Positions 60,196 to 64,000 of a stretch of 64,000 bases of DNA are shown here, one piece after another. This DNA is from Bacteriovoracia bacterium (GTDB lineage: Bacteria > Bdellovibrionota > UBA1018 > JBFWNL01). The position numbers were made by a program, and so were the translations under genes. A model generated the notes under the pieces. That model had not been told where the DNA came from and searched no databases. It was given only the letters and a program-made list of their open reading frames with translations. The stretch lies in the NCBI GenBank assembly GCA_050251055.1, contig JBFWNL010000003.1, forward strand, positions 32,001 through 96,000, read 5' to 3'. Each line of letters starts with the position of its first letter. The first letter of the stretch is position 1.

Positions 60196-60543
60196 GGACT
60201 CGCCTTCCGCTCTCGGCGCTACCCGCGCCTCGGCTGCAGGCCGGGCTCAGGGCCCACCCGCAAGCGGGTACCCGGGCCCTTCCGCCTTTCTTGTCCCGTC
60301 TTCAGGTACGAAACGCTAGCGCGTTTCATTCATTATAAACCCGCCACTTTTTAATAACCGCTCGAGTAATTTCGGACCCAGTTTAACTTTCAGGAAAATA
60401 TATCCCCGAGGGGGATAACACGCGTCAGGAAGACGCGCGCGCAGCGGCGTGAAAGGGCAGGAGCCCGACCCCCTCGGGGATATATTTTCCTGAAAGTTAA
60501 ACTGGGTTGGGAAAACTTGGTGCGGTTATTAAAAAGTGGCGGG
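60196..60543. repeat. Structured element copy 2 (~348 bp), overlapping the tRNA 3' end
   Basis: Perfect 22-bp (60340-60361/60522-60543) and 39-bp (60376-60414/60469-60507) stems; central 54 nt differ from copy 1 at 3 positions. Confidence 0.92.
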
Positions 60544-60613
60544 AGAGACGGGACTCGAACCCGCGACCTTCGCCGTGACAGGGCGACGTTGTAACCAACT
60601 CAACTACTCCCCC
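60537..60613 (-). tRNA. tRNA-Asp (GUC)
   Basis: GGGGGAGTAGTTGAGTTGGTTACAACGTCGCCCTGTCACGGCGAAGGTCGCGGGTTCGAGTCCCGTCTCTCCCGCCA; 77 nt, cloverleaf, encoded CCA. Confidence 0.97.
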
Positions 60614-60875
60614 GGTAAAATGAAGTAGAATTCTCTGTGGTTAGATCCCTATGGCTATTCTCGTTGCTCCGCAAAGTCAACCGGCCAGTGAGCCCGCGCC
60701 TCACAAATCCAGCGCCGCTTCGGGAAATCCCTCTCCTTCCACCCTGCCTAGGCACACCGGTAACATTTTGATATCACTCTATTTTTTCGGCTCTACCCGT
60801 CCCAAAGACTTTGACAGGCGAAACCTTTTCTGAGAATGGATCGCCACCGTTTCATTTTCCAGAGGGGGAAAATTT

Positions 60876-62237
60876 ATGCGCGCTTGGCGAATTCTCGCGG
60901 CGACTTTTTGCACGCTCACGATCCATCTGTCCGCTTACCCGGCCTACGGGAACCCACCCATCGACTTTTCGAATCGAGCCGCGGTGGCGCAATGGCTGGA
61001 CCTGGGTATCGAACAAGGACAGTATCGCGGCGTCGGCTCCACGCTTGAGAATTCAGTCGCGATCGCGGTCCACCAAAAAATCCTATCCGGAGAATCGCCT
61101 TGGAAAGTGGAGGCCGTCGTGAACTACCATCCCATCACGGGCGAAGCCTGGCCGGTGACGGTAAAGGACGTACAAATCTCCCAGTCGCCAGAAACGTTCC
61201 AGAAGGTGGCGGTCAGCGCGACGCTTTTCCTGAGCAAAAAAAGTGACCCCAAAGCACGCCTGGTCGCCGGCGTGAGCGCCGAACGATTTAGCGTCCAGTA
61301 CAATAGCGGCATCGAGGGGCGCAAGGCCGACGCGATCGAGCTCGAAAAATACGTACAGGAAGAAATCACCACGCGATCTCTCTACCGCCGCCGCGCGGTC
61401 GAAATGAAGGAAACCGGCACCATCGGCTTCGTGCCCGGGATCCGCAGTTACAACTACAATTGGGATTCCATTATTCTAGAAAGTGGGCTGAAGCAAAAGC
61501 TCCGCTCCACCGTGGAAGATTTCATTAACCATTACGACTACGCCCGCTGGAAGGAACTGGGCCTGCCCATGAACCGAGGCATCCTGCTCGACGGCCCGCC
61601 CGGCACGGGCAAGAGCATGGTCGCGAAAGTCATCCTCTCGAACGTCGTACAGAAGGTGTACAAAAAGGAAGTCACCTATATTTACGTGGTCGCCCGGCAC
61701 ATCATCAATAAGGAAGCCGTGAAGAACATCTTCGCGGCGGCCCGCCTGCTGAATCCAGCCGTAGTTTTTATCGAGGACATCGACCTCATCGCCGGCACCG
61801 ACCGCAAGGACCGCATGGACGTAAAGAACGAGCTCATGCAGCAGTTAAGCGGCATCCAGGAACTCAACGGCGTGCTCACGATCGGCACCACCAACGTCGG
61901 CGCGCGCATCGACGACGCGCTTAAGCGGTCGAAACGCCTAGGTTTTCAATTCACGATCGGCGCGCCCGCCATGGCCGAGCGCGTGGCCTTGTTCACGGTA
62001 TTCACGAACAAGCTCGCGCACGAAGACTTGGATTTCCGGGCCTACGGCGATCAAAGCGAAGGCATGACCGGGGCGGACATCCAGGAGCTGATCGACGTAG
62101 CCACCGAACGGGCCATGCGTCAGGGATCTTTTAAGGATCCCGGCCAAGGAGATGGCAAGCGTCGCGTATTACTGAAGGACGAGCACCTGCGGTACGCATT
62201 CGCGCTCCGTAAAACCACGCGCATTCCTGGAAAGTAA
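60876..62237 (+). CDS. AAA+ ATPase (classic clade) with signal-peptide-like N-terminus
   Basis: GPPGTGKS Walker A, VVFIEDID Walker B, TTN..IDDALKRSKRL second region of homology. Confidence 0.88.
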   Translation: MRAWRILAATFCTLTIHLSAYPAYGNPPIDFSNRAAVAQWLDLGIEQGQYRGVGSTLENSVAIAVHQKILSGESPWKVEAVVNYHPITGEAWPVTVKDVQISQSPETFQKVAVSATLFLSKKSDPKARLVAGVSAERFSVQYNSGIEGRKADAIELEKYVQEEITTRSLYRRRAVEMKETGTIGFVPGIRSYNYNWDSIILESGLKQKLRSTVEDFINHYDYARWKELGLPMNRGILLDGPPGTGKSMVAKVILSNVVQKVYKKEVTYIYVVARHIINKEAVKNIFAAARLLNPAVVFIEDIDLIAGTDRKDRMDVKNELMQQLSGIQELNGVLTIGTTNVGARIDDALKRSKRLGFQFTIGAPAMAERVALFTVFTNKLAHEDLDFRAYGDQSEGMTGADIQELIDVATERAMRQGSFKDPGQGDGKRRVLLKDEHLRYAFALRKTTRIPGK

Positions 62238-62249
62238 GGGGCAAAGCAT

Positions 62250-63731
62250 ATGAAAAAGTATTTGATGACCATCCTACTCACGTGCCTAGCCGTCACCTTC
62301 ACCTCCACGGCCACCGAAGATGACCCACTCTTCCGCCAGCTTTCGCCGGCGCTGAAGTATTGGCTCCAGGAAAACCCGCTCATCCCCACCGAGATGACGC
62401 TGGATATGTCCTTCCAAAACTATAAGCAGCTGCATGCCTTCGCGCTCGACCGCATCCTCAGCCGCGACGGTTCCGATTGGAAGATCTACAAGGTGAAAAA
62501 CTACGATTCCATGGGGAACGAGTCCCCCGTGGGTTACGCCGAGCTGCCCGTGAATTCCAAAGGCGAAAACCGCGAGATCCTAACGGACGGCTACTACTTC
62601 GCCTATAAGGGCGATCCGAAGACCGGCCCCCGGATCGTGGTGCAACCCACGCAGCGTTACGAATACTACGTTTCGGACCAATACTTCATGATGAAGGACG
62701 CGGTCGAGATTTACTATGCCAAGCGATGGGAAACCGAGGCCCGCGAGTTCAAGGCGCTCCTGGCCCGCGAGCTGAACGAGCGCAATCTCTTCCGCAATTC
62801 CGTGCTGGAGTTCACCACGAGCGACGCCAGCCCGAACTTCAAATCGTTCGCGCTCACTTTCATGGATCACGTGGAGGACATGAAGATCGATTGGAAAGAC
62901 CTCATACTGCCCAAAGACTTCCACCAGATGCTGTACGAGAACACCGAGGGTTTTCTTCAGCTCAACGCTCAATACCGGGAGCACGGCCTGAAGCAGAAAA
63001 AAGGCCTGCTGCTGTACGGTCCTCCGGGCAACGGCAAGAGCCTGGTCGCGCAGACGCTGATCTCGTCGATGTACCAAGGCAAGCTCAAGGACCAAGTAAC
63101 GATGATCGTGGTCACCGCGCGGCATCTTTCGTTCCGCCACGCCGTCAAGGCGCTCTTTGAAGAAGCCGCTCGCCTAGCTCCTTGCGTGATCTTCATGGAG
63201 GACATCGATCTATTGGGTATCAAATCGCGGGATGGCCAGGCAGATAACTCCGCCAAGCAAGCCGAAGTGCTCAACGAGTTCTTGAACGCGATGGATGGCG
63301 TGGTCGACACGAGTGGCCTGCTCATGATCGGCACTACCAACAAAGTCGACGCCATGGATAGCGCGTTGACCCGTTCGGCCCGCTTGGGCATGCACCTCTA
63401 CTTCGAAAACCCCCGCTACCCGGAGCGCAAGGAGTTTTTCCTACGCCTGGGCACGAAGAAAGCCGTGTGGGCGGAGGATGTGACCGCCGAATGGCTGGCG
63501 GGTGAAACCGAAAACCTCGGCGGCGCCGATATCGTGGAGATTATCTCCATCGCCAAGCAAAACGCGTTGCTTGCGGGCTCCTACGCGGGCGAGAAGCTCC
63601 TGCTCACGAAGGCGTTCTTCGCCGATGCGATCGCGCAGATTCGCCGGGATCACGGCCGCCGGGACGATGACCGCGAAGATCTGCTTCCCGAAGCGCTCCG
63701 CAACCTCCACACCCTGGAGGCGACCTTCTAA
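62250..63731 (+). CDS. AAA+ ATPase (classic clade) with signal-peptide-like N-terminus
   Basis: GPPGNGKS, VIFMEDID, TTN..MDSALTRSARL. Confidence 0.88.
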   Translation: MKKYLMTILLTCLAVTFTSTATEDDPLFRQLSPALKYWLQENPLIPTEMTLDMSFQNYKQLHAFALDRILSRDGSDWKIYKVKNYDSMGNESPVGYAELPVNSKGENREILTDGYYFAYKGDPKTGPRIVVQPTQRYEYYVSDQYFMMKDAVEIYYAKRWETEAREFKALLARELNERNLFRNSVLEFTTSDASPNFKSFALTFMDHVEDMKIDWKDLILPKDFHQMLYENTEGFLQLNAQYREHGLKQKKGLLLYGPPGNGKSLVAQTLISSMYQGKLKDQVTMIVVTARHLSFRHAVKALFEEAARLAPCVIFMEDIDLLGIKSRDGQADNSAKQAEVLNEFLNAMDGVVDTSGLLMIGTTNKVDAMDSALTRSARLGMHLYFENPRYPERKEFFLRLGTKKAVWAEDVTAEWLAGETENLGGADIVEIISIAKQNALLAGSYAGEKLLLTKAFFADAIAQIRRDHGRRDDDREDLLPEALRNLHTLEATF

Positions 63732-64000
63732 GTGTCTTCCGGCACCGAATCCTCCCGCAAATCCTGGCAGATGTGGCTCCCCTCCACGGTCGATTGGAGC
63801 CGCGGAGCCTTTTTTAGCTGGGCGCGCACGGGCTGGCAGTATCGGCGAAGAATCCTGCTCTACACCGCGGTCAACGTGCTCCTTACCGTCGGCAACGAGG
63901 CGATTTCACGCACGATCGCCGTGAGCCTCTGGCACGAACCCGAAAGCTACGGATTCTGGATCCCGCGTGTAGACGGCGGGCACTCGCTGAACCGGCAGTC
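63732..64000 (+). CDS. Hypothetical protein, 3' truncated by the window edge
   Basis: GTG immediately after the AAA stop; frame open to the window end (MSSGTESSRKSWQMWLP...RRRILLYTAVNVLLTVG...). Confidence 0.5.
   Translation, partial: MSSGTESSRKSWQMWLPSTVDWSRGAFFSWARTGWQYRRRILLYTAVNVLLTVGNEAISRTIAVSLWHEPESYGFWIPRVDGGHSLNRQ

Larger units (their letters stand above)
59563..60543. mobile_element. Putative non-autonomous integrative cassette (~981 bp) inserted at the tRNA-Asp 3' end
   Basis: Bounded by direct AAAAAGTGGCGGG at 59550-59562 and 60531-60543; left junction resembles the tRNA end; AT-rich cargo; no integrase. Confidence 0.6.

Noticed and set aside
60381-60502. Canonical integron attC site (GTTTAAC...GTTAAAC fits RYYYAAC/GTTRRRY)
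   Set aside because: Present only in copy 2 (copy 1 has GTTTCCC/GGGAAAC); the stems lack the extrahelical bases typical of attC; no intI in the window.
59217-60543. CRISPR array or second tRNA/pseudo-tRNA
   Set aside because: Only two long repeats with no short repeat-spacer periodicity and no cas genes; only fragments of tRNA sequence, no cloverleaf.

Overview
GC-rich bacterial chromosomal window. The gene content suggests Bdellovibrionota/Oligoflexia (inference): a stand-alone mitochondrial-type EF-G, a TIGR02147/DUF4423-like HTH regulator, a PilZ membrane protein and many secreted hypotheticals. Most genes are housekeeping or common accessory genes (xth, orn, dCMP deaminase, fusA, rimK, tex, purE/purK, lemA-M48, SDRs, MFS, GNATs). 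The most striking signal lies at 59.2-60.6 kb. Two ~347-bp direct copies of a highly structured element, with long perfect stems whose sequences differ between copies but whose pairing is kept, sit beside tRNA-Asp. They bracket a ~981-bp integrase-less, AT-rich one-gene cassette whose left junction is a degenerate copy of the tRNA 3' end. This looks like a tRNA-anchored cassette-capture system. Other candidates are a structured sRNA after fusA, a sigma54-type operon of two BPI/TULIP-like giant secreted proteins, a regulator/peptide/structured-leader/coiled-coil secreted operon, a secreted triple ParB-like-domain protein, and two tandem AAA+ ATPases with signal-peptide-like N-termini. No CRISPR array, rRNA or intact transposase/integrase was seen. 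All family calls come from motif recognition by eye, not database searches.
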